Assembly (NCBI GenBank): GCA_021162615.1
Contig: JAGGYH010000018.1
Location: forward strand, 8,501-72,500
Origin: Candidatus Aminicenantes bacterium
GTDB taxonomy: Bacteria; Acidobacteriota; Aminicenantia; Aminicenantales; Aminicenantaceae
Reading direction: 5' to 3'
DNA: 64,000 bases
In this document: positions 25,446 through 35,179 of the stretch, piece after piece
Position numbering within the stretch: position 1 is the stretch's first letter
How the letters are laid out: each line of letters begins with the position of its first letter
Program-made: the position numbers and the translations under genes
Notes under the pieces: generated by a model
The model's database searches: none
The model's input: only the letters and a program-made list of their open reading frames with translations
What the model was told of the DNA's origin: nothing

Positions 25446-27809
25446 ATGTCATCATTTTTTAACCGTTTCTTATGCAAAGGTTTATTCGTTTTGGTGATTT
25501 TGATATTTCTGAGTACAGCCGCTTTTTTAGCTTCACCTGAAAAAGGGAAAAAAGTGGAATCCACTGATCCCGGGCAGCGTTTAGCCTGGTATCAACAGCA
25601 CATGGAAATGAAAGAGCAGTCCCCGTTTAAAGACTTGAAATGGCGCTTTCTTGGTCCGGACGTCATAAGCGGAAGATGCACGGACATTGCTGTTCCAAAA
25701 GGAAGCAAACACACCATTTACATAGGAGCGGCCACCGGAGGAGTGTGGAAAACCGGAAATTCAGGTATCACATGGGAACCCTTATTTGATGAGGCTCCTT
25801 CTATATCCATAGGCGATATTGCCATAGCTCCGGTCAATCCTGATATCATATGGGTAGGAACAGGTGAAGCTAATATTTTCAGAGCCTCGGTGGCCGGCAC
25901 AGGAGTCTATAAGTCGACAGATGCGGGAAAGACGTGGAAACATATGGGGCTTGCAGATACCCAAACTATAGGAAGGATTATCATCCATCCGGAAGATCCG
26001 GATATTGTGTATGTCGCGGCTTCGGGACATGAGTGGACCTATAATGAGGAGCGCGGGGTGTACAAGACCACAGACGGAGGTCAAACTTGGGACAAGGTGC
26101 TGTATATGAACGAAAAAACCGGAGCCATAGACCTGATTATGGACCCCACGGATCCGGATACTCTCTACGCATCACTATGGAATCACATCAGAAGGCGCTG
26201 GAGCGACCCCATGCCGGAACCCGGAGACGGGATATTCAAGACTACAGACGGAGGCAAGACCTGGGAGCAGAAGACCAACGGGCTGCCTGACCTTAACAAG
26301 ACAGGAAGAATCGGCCTTGATATCGCTCGAAGCAATCCCAAGGTGATCTATGCTTTTGTTGACAACCATAATCCGGGACGCATGCCCGGAGAGGGCGAGA
26401 GAGATGCTTACGGCCGGTTGAAAAAAGGAAGGGTGATCAAAGGCGCTGAAGTGTACAGATCAAATGATAAGGCGGAGACATGGAGAAAAGTCAGTCCTGA
26501 CAGTAGATACATGGAGGGCTTTTGTGGAACGTACGGATGGGTGTTCGGTCAGATACGGGTAGATCCCAGCGATGAAAATACGGTTTATATTATGGGTCTT
26601 CGACTTGCCAAATCAACGGACGGAGGCCGGACTTTCAAGACTCTTTATTTTCCGGAACTCCACGGTGACCATCACGGTCTCTGGATAGACCCGGATGAAC
26701 CGGATTATCTCATCAATGTCAATGACGGAGGAGTCAATATTTCTTATGACGGCGGTCAGACCTGGAGGCATTTTCATAATAATCTTCCTGTTACACAGTT
26801 CTATAATGTGGCCTATGATATGAAAGAGCCTTTTAACATTTACGGCTCAGTACAGGACCATTTGACCTACCGGGGTAATATTGCCCATACGCTGGCCCAG
26901 AGAGACAGATCCCAAATGCTTTTGACCCACTGGGAAAGGGCGCCGGGAGGAGAGGGAACCACGATTGCCGTTGACCCTGAAGATCCGAATACCGTCTATT
27001 CTTCTTCATTTTACGGTAGGCTGATGCGGTCTGAACTCAAGGACAACAGATGGATCACGAAAGACATCCTTCCTGAAGTGGGGGAAGACGAACCGCCTCT
27101 TCGAGGCCAGTGGCTCGCGCCCACCATAATTTCTCCGCATGACAATAAGGTGATTTACCATGGAATGCAGTATTTGTTCCGTTCTCCTGACAGAGGAGAA
27201 ACCTGGGAGAGAATAAGTCCCGACCTTTCCTACAATGATCCGGAAAAACAGGGGAAGCTTCCTTTTGCCATCCCATATGCTTGTTTGACTTCCATATCAG
27301 AATCTCCTCTTAAAGAGGGTCTCATATATGCAGGAACAGATGACGGCAGGGTGCATGTGACCAAAGATACGGGAAAAAATTGGGAAGAGATCACGGATGG
27401 CCTTCCCTATAACAAGCATGTTTCAAGGATAATCGCGTCGAAATACGATGAAGCCGCAGTGTATCTGACATTAAACGGACGAAGGGATGATGATTTCACT
27501 GACTATGTCTATAAATCCGAGGATTACGGGAAGACATGGAAAGATATATCAGGAAATCTTCCCGGAGGCCCTGTTAATGTTATCCGGGAAGACCCGAAAA
27601 AAGAAAACATCCTTTTTATAGGAAATGACTTAGGAGTGTATGTGAGTTTAGACGGAGGAAGAAAATGGCATGTTCTGCCTAACGGACTGCCCAACTGTTT
27701 TGTGTGGGACCTGGTAATCCATCCCCGGGACAATGTACTTGTCATAGCGACCAATGGACGCGGCATGTATGCTATTGATGACATATCAAAGATACAGGAG
27801 CATAATTAA
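25446..27809 (+). CDS. BNR/Asp-box repeat protein (sortilin/VPS10- or GH74-like double propeller), secreted
   Basis: Signal peptide followed by about ten Asp-boxes: YKSTDAGKTW, YKTTDGGQTW, FKTTDGGKTW, YRSNDKAETW, KSTDGGRTF, ISYDGGQTW, RSPDRGETW, VTKDTGKNW, YKSEDYGKTW, VSLDGGRKW. Confidence 0.8.
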   Translation: MSSFFNRFLCKGLFVLVILIFLSTAAFLASPEKGKKVESTDPGQRLAWYQQHMEMKEQSPFKDLKWRFLGPDVISGRCTDIAVPKGSKHTIYIGAATGGVWKTGNSGITWEPLFDEAPSISIGDIAIAPVNPDIIWVGTGEANIFRASVAGTGVYKSTDAGKTWKHMGLADTQTIGRIIIHPEDPDIVYVAASGHEWTYNEERGVYKTTDGGQTWDKVLYMNEKTGAIDLIMDPTDPDTLYASLWNHIRRRWSDPMPEPGDGIFKTTDGGKTWEQKTNGLPDLNKTGRIGLDIARSNPKVIYAFVDNHNPGRMPGEGERDAYGRLKKGRVIKGAEVYRSNDKAETWRKVSPDSRYMEGFCGTYGWVFGQIRVDPSDENTVYIMGLRLAKSTDGGRTFKTLYFPELHGDHHGLWIDPDEPDYLINVNDGGVNISYDGGQTWRHFHNNLPVTQFYNVAYDMKEPFNIYGSVQDHLTYRGNIAHTLAQRDRSQMLLTHWERAPGGEGTTIAVDPEDPNTVYSSSFYGRLMRSELKDNRWITKDILPEVGEDEPPLRGQWLAPTIISPHDNKVIYHGMQYLFRSPDRGETWERISPDLSYNDPEKQGKLPFAIPYACLTSISESPLKEGLIYAGTDDGRVHVTKDTGKNWEEITDGLPYNKHVSRIIASKYDEAAVYLTLNGRRDDDFTDYVYKSEDYGKTWKDISGNLPGGPVNVIREDPKKENILFIGNDLGVYVSLDGGRKWHVLPNGLPNCFVWDLVIHPRDNVLVIATNGRGMYAIDDISKIQEHN

Positions 27810-27839
27810 GCGAGCCTGTTTATAAAAAAGGGAGAGAAT

Positions 27840-28844
27840 ATGTACTGCAATCTGAAAAACAGGAGCCTGACTAAGCTTCTGGATTTTAGTCCGGAGGAAA
27901 TAAAATACCTGCTGGACCTTTCCAGAAAACTGAAAGAAGAAAAATATTCAGGGATTGAGAAACAGAGATTGAAGGGGGAAAACATCGTCCTTATTTTTGA
28001 AAAAACATCCACCAGGACCAGATGCGCTTTTGAAGTGGCAGCTTATGACCAGGGAGCGGGTGTGACTTTTTTGGGCCCCACAAGTTCTCAATTCGGACAT
28101 AAGGAATCTATTAAAGACTCGGCCCGGGTTCTAGGAAGGATGTATAACGGGATACAGTACCGGGGATTCGGCCAGGAAGTGGTCGAGCAGCTTGCTGAGT
28201 TTTCGGGTGTTCCTGTTTGGAACGGCCTTACCAATGAATTCCATCCCACTCAAGTGCTGGCCGATCTTTTGACCATGACGGAGCAGAGTGAAAAACCGGT
28301 CGAGGCTATCACCTTTGCTTTTCTGGGAGATGCGCAAAACAACATGGCAAATTCTCTGATTGTGGGTGCTGCAAAGATGGGGATGGACTTTCGTTTGATC
28401 GGGCCGAAAAGGCTTCAGCCTGAAAAAGAATTAATCAGTAAGGCCGAGAAGATAGCCGAGGCTACAGGAGCAAAGATTTCGATAACAGATGATATTAAGG
28501 CTGTGGAAGGATGTGATTTTCTTTGTACAGATGTATGGGTTTCAATGGGGGAGCCGGATTCTATTTGGGAAGAAAGGATCGGGCTTTTAAAATCTTATCA
28601 GGTCAATAAGGAGCTCATGGAACGGACCGGGAACGCCAAGGTAAAGTTCATGCACTGCCTGCCTGCTTTTCATAACAGAAGGACAAAGATTGGAGAGGAA
28701 ATATATAAAAAATTTGGCCTGGAAAGCATGGAGGTGACAGAGGAAGTTTTTGAATCGGAAGCCTCCGTTGTGTTTGATGAATCAGAGAACCGCCTGCACA
28801 CCATAAAGGCAGTGATGGTGGCCACTTTAACGGGAGGCGATTAA
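27840..28844 (+). CDS. argF: Ornithine carbamoyltransferase
   Basis: 334 aa. [13 protein letters not shown] (STRTR carbamoyl-phosphate motif), [28 protein letters not shown] (HCLP ornithine motif). Anabolic versus catabolic role cannot be decided from sequence alone. Confidence 0.9.
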   Translation: MYCNLKNRSLTKLLDFSPEEIKYLLDLSRKLKEEKYSGIEKQRLKGENIVLIFEKTSTRTRCAFEVAAYDQGAGVTFLGPTSSQFGHKESIKDSARVLGRMYNGIQYRGFGQEVVEQLAEFSGVPVWNGLTNEFHPTQVLADLLTMTEQSEKPVEAITFAFLGDAQNNMANSLIVGAAKMGMDFRLIGPKRLQPEKELISKAEKIAEATGAKISITDDIKAVEGCDFLCTDVWVSMGEPDSIWEERIGLLKSYQVNKELMERTGNAKVKFMHCLPAFHNRRTKIGEEIYKKFGLESMEVTEEVFESEASVVFDESENRLHTIKAVMVATLTGGD

Positions 28845-28906
28845 CCTGACCTATTCATAAAAAAATGGCGATGTTATTTTTTCTTTTTGTAAACAGGTCA
28901 GGTTAT
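28841..28906 (+). mobile_element. Mini-MITE (about 66 bp) of the same repeat family, overlapping the argF stop codon
   Basis: ttaacctgacctattcataaaaaaatggcgatg...aaacaggtcaggttat. The ends taacctgacc and ggtcaggtta are perfect inverted repeats. The argF TAA (28842-28844) lies inside the TIR. Confidence 0.65.
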
Positions 28907-28944
28907 ATACAGATTATTTTTTTGTATAAAGAAGGAGGGGAAAT

Positions 28945-29241
28945 ATGAAAACATTTATTTTAATGACAAAACTTTCACCTGAAATCTCGAAACAGATAAA
29001 AGAGAGGGCTAAATTGGGAAGGGCATGGCTGGAGGAAGTCAAGAAGAAATGTCCTGAAGTCAAGTTCAGGGCTCATTACGCTCTTTTGGGATCCTATGAC
29101 TTTTTGGATATTTATGAAGCTCCGGATGAGGAAACAGCCGCAAAAGTCTCTATGATCAGCCTGTCCAACGGGGCTTTTAATGCGGAGAGCTGGACAGCGA
29201 TTCCCTACAAGCGTTTCCTTGAGCTTACCGAAGAAGTGTAA
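28945..29241 (+). CDS. GYD domain protein
   Basis: 98 aa. ...HYALLGSYDFLDIYEAPDEETAAKVSMISLSNGA... matches the GYD-family core. Confidence 0.7.
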   Translation: MKTFILMTKLSPEISKQIKERAKLGRAWLEEVKKKCPEVKFRAHYALLGSYDFLDIYEAPDEETAAKVSMISLSNGAFNAESWTAIPYKRFLELTEEV

Positions 29242-29252
29242 AGAGAGTTTGT

Positions 29253-30215
29253 ATGGACAAAGCTTGTTTGGTTACGGGTGGAGCCGGTTTTATTGGCTCC
29301 GCTCTTGTGAGGGAGCTGCTCAAAGAAGGGAAAAAGGTCCGGGTCATTGATAATTTATCAACCGGGAATATTTCCAATCTGAAGGATATTCTCGGCAGGA
29401 TAGAATTTCTCAAAAGAGATCTCCGGGATATTGATGCGGTTCAGGAAGCATGCAAAGGGATCACTTATGTGTTCCATCAAGCAGCTATCCCATCCGTTCC
29501 CCGATCCATTGAAAATCCGATCGAGTCTAACCAGAGCAATGTTGACGGCACGCTGAATGTGCTGGTCGCAGCCCGTAATAAAGGAGTAAAACGGGTCATA
29601 TATGCCGGTTCTTCATCTGTTTACGGGGATACGCCAGCTCTTCCAAAAAAAGAAGATATGAAACCGAATCCCCTTTCCCCCTATGCGCTCACCAAGCTGA
29701 CCGGAGAGTATTACTGTAAGGTGTTCAGCAGTGTTTATGGATTGGAAACCGTGACCACCCGTTATTTCAATGTATTTGGACCCCGTCAAAATCCTGAGTC
29801 CCAGTATGCGGCTGTGATCCCGAAATTCATAGATGCTTTTTTAAAAGGGGTGAAACCTGTCATTTTCGGTGACGGGGAACAGACAAGGGATTTCACTTTT
29901 GTGGATAATGTGGTCTATGCAAATCTTCTGTGCTCCAGGGCAGAAAGAACAAAAGGCGAGGTCATCAATGTCGCTACTTCTTCAAGGGTCAGTCTGAATG
30001 AGCTCATAAAAATTCTTAAAGAAATAACAGGGAAAGAGATCGATCCTGTTTATACGGACCCCAGGAAGGGAGATATCAAGCATTCCCTTGCAGATATATC
30101 AAAGGCGGAAAAGATGATCGGATACAGGCCTCTTGTGGATTTGAGAGAGGGATTGATACAGACCGTCCAGTGGGTAAAGGCCTCCGGTTTTAATGAACAG
30201 AAGATTTTGATGTGA
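29253..30215 (+). CDS. NAD-dependent sugar-nucleotide epimerase/dehydratase (extended SDR)
   Basis: VTGGAGFIGSALVRELL (GxxGxxG), SSSVYG, YALTKL (YxxxK), RYFNVFGPRQ. UDP-hexose 4-epimerase-like. Substrate not assignable. Confidence 0.85.
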   Translation: MDKACLVTGGAGFIGSALVRELLKEGKKVRVIDNLSTGNISNLKDILGRIEFLKRDLRDIDAVQEACKGITYVFHQAAIPSVPRSIENPIESNQSNVDGTLNVLVAARNKGVKRVIYAGSSSVYGDTPALPKKEDMKPNPLSPYALTKLTGEYYCKVFSSVYGLETVTTRYFNVFGPRQNPESQYAAVIPKFIDAFLKGVKPVIFGDGEQTRDFTFVDNVVYANLLCSRAERTKGEVINVATSSRVSLNELIKILKEITGKEIDPVYTDPRKGDIKHSLADISKAEKMIGYRPLVDLREGLIQTVQWVKASGFNEQKILM

Positions 30216-32823
30216 CTTCCCTGAACACTCTGAGAAAATTCCCTCCCAGTATTTTTTTTATATCCTGGTCATTATATCCCCTTTTGACAAGCTCTTCTGT
30301 GATGTGCACGAGTTCTCCTGCATGTGAAAGGCCAGCGGGAGTGCTGCTTATACCGTCAAAATCAGAGCCGAGGCCCACATGGTCTGTGCTTCCCGTGACT
30401 TTGATCACATGTTCTATATGATCCGCTACTGTCTTTACGCTGATTTCAGGCAGCTCCTGTTTCAGCCTTTCTAATTTTTCCGTGTATTCTTTTCTGAATG
30501 CGGATGCTCTTTCGGGTTCGACTTTTAAAAAGCCTGCGAGCTTTTCAGGCAGGTCATATTTTTTTATAAGTTCTGCCTTCAGTTCCTCCATCTTCTTGAA
30601 ATTTTCAGCCATTAAAAAGCGGGGAAAAAAATTGATTCCAATGGCGCCCCCGTTTTTAGCTAGAGCTTTGAGCATTTTATCAGAAAGGTTCCGGCGATGG
30701 TCTGATAGAGCCCGGCAGCAGGAATGGGAGGCCACAACAGGGGCTTCTGAGATATCCATCACATCCCAGAAAGTCTCATCATGGACATGGGATACGTCAA
30801 TGACCATTCCCAACCGGTTCATTTCCTTGATCACTTTTTCACCGAATTCGGTCAATCCGCCGTGTGCGGGCTTGGGGTCGCCTGATGCGTCAGCCCAGTC
30901 TGTGCCGAGCCGATGGGTGAGGGTCATGAGCCTCACGCCGCTTCTGAAGAAAGAACGGAGAATTCTAAGGTCATTTTCAATGGCGTATCCTCCTTCGATC
31001 CCGATCAGTATCCCTGTTTTGCGGTTTCCCCGGAGTTTTCGCATATCATTGGGTGAAGTGACAAGGACCAGGTCCTCAGGATTTTCATTTATAAGCTGGT
31101 GGACCGCATCTATCTGGTCAAAGGCCTTTTTGGCAGCCCCGTGTTTTTGCGCTTTGTTTTCCGGGGGGGGCACAAAACAAGCAAAGACCTGAAGGTCTAC
31201 AGCTCCCTGTTTGAGCTTTGGAATGTCTACGTGCCCTTTGGGAAGGTCCTCGCTCAGATCTTCCCCATTGAGCATTCTGCCTATGGTGTCGCAATGCATA
31301 TCCACAAGTTCGGCGTCTTTATGAAGGAAATTCATGTGGAATTTTGGATCAAGGAGATCTTCCTTTAAATTGGAGAGGCACACAATATTGTCATAGTGAT
31401 ATTCGGCCGCCTGCTGCAGGAGTTCGGGTTTGATGATTTCAGGTCTGTCCCCGGGCCTGTGATACTCGGGATGCTCATCATCAAGTTCTCTTGTGAGAAC
31501 ATTTCCTGACCTTAAACTCAAACAGGTGACACCCTTGGGGAGGAAAGCGCTGTGGTCAGAGCCCCTGTATTCTACGCGGTACTTTAATCTCTTTTTGAAC
31601 TTTTCCTTCATGTTTTTCTTGAGGAGAGCAAAAAATTCCGAGAATTCCCACATGCCTCCTACATAGAGGTCAAGGTCTCCTGTGCCTACCATATCCATAT
31701 TCATATAGACAGCTGTTTTTTCGAGCGGATAAATGGGGTGCTCTGTATAATATCTGGAACCGATCAGGCCAAGCTCTTCTCCGGCCCAGGCTGCCAGTAT
31801 AACGCTTCTGTCAGGGCGAAAATCATTGGCTTGAATCACACGCGCGATTTCCAGTAAAACCCCTACGGAGGATGCGTTGTCATCAGCACCGTTGTAGATA
31901 GAACCGTCAAGCCCCACTCCCAGATGGTCGAGATGCCCTCCGATTATTATATACTCATTTTTTAGTTCAGGATGTTTCCCAGGTATAAGGCCCAGCACAT
32001 TGGGAGCTGTGCGGTCCTCATGGATATAGTGGATTTCCATCTCTACTGTCAGGTCCAGCAGGAATGGATGAGGCCTTTTCCCTCGGATCATTTCACTCAC
32101 TATGCTGCGCCAGCTCAGATTTTTCATATAAAATATCTTATCCAGAAGGCTGCTGTTTGCTGTCATTACCAGGAAATTTTCCGGACAGGTGCCCTTATCA
32201 GCTCCTTCCGGGATGCCCCATCCTCTCAGGCTTTCTCCTATATTCATTATGAGTACGCCTGAAGCCCCTTTTTTTACAGCTGTTTTGATTTTACTGTCCA
32301 GAGATTTTTCTTTCCTGGATGTTCCCTTGAGAAATTCAGGAGCGCCTGGAATGATAAGTACGATTTTGCCGCTGACGTCCATGTTTCCATAGTCGTCCCA
32401 CTTGTTTTTGTGTGACACCAGTCCGTATCCGGCAAAAGCCAGCTGGGCCTTAAGGATCCCCGACCCGGTACCGCTGTTCGGAAAGAAATGGGCGGAGCGG
32501 CCCGGGGAAAAGAGTAAGTGCTGCGGGGATACAATCTCAAGCCGGACAGGAGGTTCAAAATGCCGCCAGTCCTTAAATTCTACCTGCTGGAAATACGAGC
32601 CTTTCTTTCCGCCCGGTTCAAGACCGTACTCTTTCATTTTGGCTGCAACATAATGGGCTGCCTTAAGATACTCCGGAGTGCCTGCCTTGCGTCCTTTGAA
32701 GTCATCTGAGGAAAGATATTCCACGTGCTTCCATGCTTTTTCTCCGTCAGGCTTGACCTGAGCCTGAGAACTGATAACCAAAAACAAAAGACCAATGCTT
32801 ATAAATGAGATGAACCTTTTCAT
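30190..32823 (-). CDS. Fusion protein: M28 aminopeptidase (with PA domain) + M19 membrane-dipeptidase-like domain, secreted
   Basis: ATG 32823 preferred (AAGGAG RBS; signal peptide MKRFISFISIGLLFLVISSQA). The N-terminal half has IIGGHLDHLGVG...YNGADDNASSVGVLLEIARV (M28). The C-terminal half has VDMHCDTIGRML, GIEGGYAIENDLRILRSFFRSGVRLMTLTH, EMNRLGMVIDVSHV, ASHSCCRALSDHRRNLSD, GLGSDFDG (M19 renal-dipeptidase pattern). Confidence 0.85.
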   Translation of the reverse strand: MKRFISFISIGLLFLVISSQAQVKPDGEKAWKHVEYLSSDDFKGRKAGTPEYLKAAHYVAAKMKEYGLEPGGKKGSYFQQVEFKDWRHFEPPVRLEIVSPQHLLFSPGRSAHFFPNSGTGSGILKAQLAFAGYGLVSHKNKWDDYGNMDVSGKIVLIIPGAPEFLKGTSRKEKSLDSKIKTAVKKGASGVLIMNIGESLRGWGIPEGADKGTCPENFLVMTANSSLLDKIFYMKNLSWRSIVSEMIRGKRPHPFLLDLTVEMEIHYIHEDRTAPNVLGLIPGKHPELKNEYIIIGGHLDHLGVGLDGSIYNGADDNASSVGVLLEIARVIQANDFRPDRSVILAAWAGEELGLIGSRYYTEHPIYPLEKTAVYMNMDMVGTGDLDLYVGGMWEFSEFFALLKKNMKEKFKKRLKYRVEYRGSDHSAFLPKGVTCLSLRSGNVLTRELDDEHPEYHRPGDRPEIIKPELLQQAAEYHYDNIVCLSNLKEDLLDPKFHMNFLHKDAELVDMHCDTIGRMLNGEDLSEDLPKGHVDIPKLKQGAVDLQVFACFVPPPENKAQKHGAAKKAFDQIDAVHQLINENPEDLVLVTSPNDMRKLRGNRKTGILIGIEGGYAIENDLRILRSFFRSGVRLMTLTHRLGTDWADASGDPKPAHGGLTEFGEKVIKEMNRLGMVIDVSHVHDETFWDVMDISEAPVVASHSCCRALSDHRRNLSDKMLKALAKNGGAIGINFFPRFLMAENFKKMEELKAELIKKYDLPEKLAGFLKVEPERASAFRKEYTEKLERLKQELPEISVKTVADHIEHVIKVTGSTDHVGLGSDFDGISSTPAGLSHAGELVHITEELVKRGYNDQDIKKILGGNFLRVFREVTSKSSVH

Positions 32824-33335
32824 AAGAAACTCCTTTGAAACAGAGCAGTTTACCATATGACAAATATTTTGAGAAATAAGCTTTTTTAGTTTTCTGGAAC
32901 TTCTTGATTATTTTATTATTACAATATAGAATTCAAAATCTAAAGAAAAATGCTGTCAGATATCTCTATAGAACCTTTTCGTGATGATTTAATGGGCCTC
33001 GAAAAAATGGCTAACTCTTCCTGGAGGGATGAATATGGAATCGAGTCCTTTCCAAACTTTTATCGGCCTGCTTTTTTAAAGTATTTTTTTACTCGCATAA
33101 AGGATTCTGGTTGTGTAGGAGCGATCGAGTGGACAAGAAATTATTATCCCATGAGACCGTTATTCTGTTCTCGTTTTCCCCCCTATTTTCGGTCCGTGGA
33201 TTTGGTCTCATGGACATTCAATAAAGATATTTCTTTAAAAATATTCCGAGCGTCTATGAGGTACAGAGTTGACATCCCCATGTTTTTGATGGGAAAGATT
33301 GACAGTTCGCATTTTTGTTAACGGAGGAAAATCTT

Positions 33336-34997
33336 ATGTCTGGAAAAACAAAGCGCCTTACTTTTTATGCCCTTTGCCTTTTTTGGCTGCTGGTCGTTGT
33401 TTCAGGGTGTGTTGCGAAAAGAGAGAAGGGATTGCAGTTTGGGATATCTTTTCCTGGATCGATCCATGCGGATTCCATTACCGGAAGAGTGTATGTGATG
33501 ATTTCAGAGAACGAGAACGTTGAGCCCCGGTTCCAGATCGGCCCGAACGGGATTCCGTTTTTTGGAAAAGATGTCCATAATTTACAGCCGGATTCATCTG
33601 TTATCATCGACGGGAAAGACTATGGTTATCCATTGGAGAGCCTTGGCGAGATCCCTCCTGGGGAATATTATGTTCAGGGATTTGTCAATATATACACGCG
33701 GTTTGAACGGTCTGACGGTCATGTTTTGTGGCTGCATAATGACCAGTGGGAAGGACAGAGATGGTACAGGTCCCCGGGGAATCTCTACAGTGAGGTAAAG
33801 AAAATCAAGATTTCTCCCTCAGAACCCGGCTTGGTCAGGTTGTGCTGTGACCGTAAAATCCCTCCTGTGGAGATCCCACCCGATACCGATTGGGTCAAAA
33901 GGATTAGATTTCAAAGCAAAATGCTTACGGAATTCTGGGGTCAGCCCATATATTTAGGGGCAACCGTGCTTCTTCCCAAAGGATATGAAGAACACCCTGA
34001 TATTTTTTACCCTGTGAATTACATCCAGGGGCATTTTTCTCTCGGTCCCCCAAATGGATTTCAGGCTGCTGAACCTGATTCAGAAAACCGGTGGGCGCAA
34101 TGGGGGCATGATTTTTATAAATTCTGGATCTCAGATGAATGCCCACGGATGCTGCTGGTTACATTTCAGCATCCCTGTCCCTATTACGATGATTCCTACG
34201 GGGTGAATTCTCCGAACACCGGGCCTTATGGAGATGCGATTTTGGAAGAGCTCATTCCCATGGTGGAGCGGGAATTCCGCATCATTCAGAAACCCTATGC
34301 CAGATTGCTGTCCGGGGGTTCGACTGGAGGATGGATTTCATTAGCCCTTCAGATCTTCCATCCGGAGTTCTTCGGAGGGACATGGTCCCTTTGTCCGGAT
34401 CCTGTTGATTTCCGATACTTTCAGTGCATAAACATATACAAGGATGAGAACGCTTATTATAAAAAAAGCGGCTGGATCAAAGTTCCCACATCGAGCGACA
34501 GGTCTCCTGACGGCATTGTGAGGCTTACTTCGCAGCAGAGGAATCATATGGAGCTTGCAATGGGAACCAAATGCCGCTCCGGGGAGCAGATCGATATATT
34601 CCAGGCAGTTTTCGGGCCCCTTGGAGATGACGGGTACGTGAGACCGCTTTTTGATAAAAAAACCGGGGGTATAAATAAGGATACGGCCGAATACTGGAGG
34701 GAGCATTATGACCTTAGGTATTATCTGGAAAAAAACTGGGAACATATCGGTCATGCTTTGGAAGGGAAGATCCATATCTATGTGGGAGATATGGACACGT
34801 ACTACCTTAATAATGCGGTTGTTCTTTTGGAAAAGTTTTTAGAAAGCACGAAAGACCCTTATTATAACGGAGTGGTCCGCTATGGAGACCGGATGCCTCA
34901 CTGCTGGGGTCCTGACAGGATCGAGCTTTTGACATTATTTAAGGAATATATCATAAAAAACGCTCCGGGGGGAGAAGATTTTTCTTGGGATTACTGA
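33336..34997 (+). CDS. Alpha/beta-hydrolase (esterase-D/enterochelin-esterase-like) lipoprotein
   Basis: ORF track starts at TTG 33315. ATG 33336 has GGAGG 8 nt upstream and gives MSGKTKRLTFYALCLFWLLVVVSGC (lipobox). LSGGSTGGWISLALQIFHPEFFGG contains the GxSxG nucleophile elbow. Confidence 0.65.
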   Translation: MSGKTKRLTFYALCLFWLLVVVSGCVAKREKGLQFGISFPGSIHADSITGRVYVMISENENVEPRFQIGPNGIPFFGKDVHNLQPDSSVIIDGKDYGYPLESLGEIPPGEYYVQGFVNIYTRFERSDGHVLWLHNDQWEGQRWYRSPGNLYSEVKKIKISPSEPGLVRLCCDRKIPPVEIPPDTDWVKRIRFQSKMLTEFWGQPIYLGATVLLPKGYEEHPDIFYPVNYIQGHFSLGPPNGFQAAEPDSENRWAQWGHDFYKFWISDECPRMLLVTFQHPCPYYDDSYGVNSPNTGPYGDAILEELIPMVEREFRIIQKPYARLLSGGSTGGWISLALQIFHPEFFGGTWSLCPDPVDFRYFQCINIYKDENAYYKKSGWIKVPTSSDRSPDGIVRLTSQQRNHMELAMGTKCRSGEQIDIFQAVFGPLGDDGYVRPLFDKKTGGINKDTAEYWREHYDLRYYLEKNWEHIGHALEGKIHIYVGDMDTYYLNNAVVLLEKFLESTKDPYYNGVVRYGDRMPHCWGPDRIELLTLFKEYIIKNAPGGEDFSWDY

Positions 34998-35043
34998 GAT
35001 AAACAAAACGTCTAGCTTCGCCGGATACCCTCTAAAAGCCTCA

Positions 35044-35090
35044 TTCGAAGGCTAGATCTTCAATGTCGCTTCAGCCATACACTCAAATTT
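35044..35090 (+). repeat. Short repeat module shared with 10526-10571
   Basis: ttcgaaggctagatcttcaatgtcgcttcagccatacactcaaattt versus tccgaaggctaaatcttcaatgtcgctgcgtccacacctgaatttc. tctagcttcg (35014-35023) can pair with cgaaggctaga (35046-35056). Confidence 0.55.
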
Positions 35091-35179
35091 ATGTACATTT
35101 TTAGTTTATTATGTGATATATTTATTTTTTTAAGAAGCACAAAAAAGAGTATGAATTTAACGTTCTATTAGGAGGGAAG

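Noticed and set aside
32950-33321. 123-aa ORF whose first ~60 aa (ISIEPFRDDLMGLEKMANSSWRDEYGIESFPNFYRPAFLKYFF) look like the start of an acetyltransferase-type protein
   Set aside because: After about 70 aa the sequence loses any protein-like character and it ends short. At best it is a truncated gene relic, and I cannot name the family with confidence.
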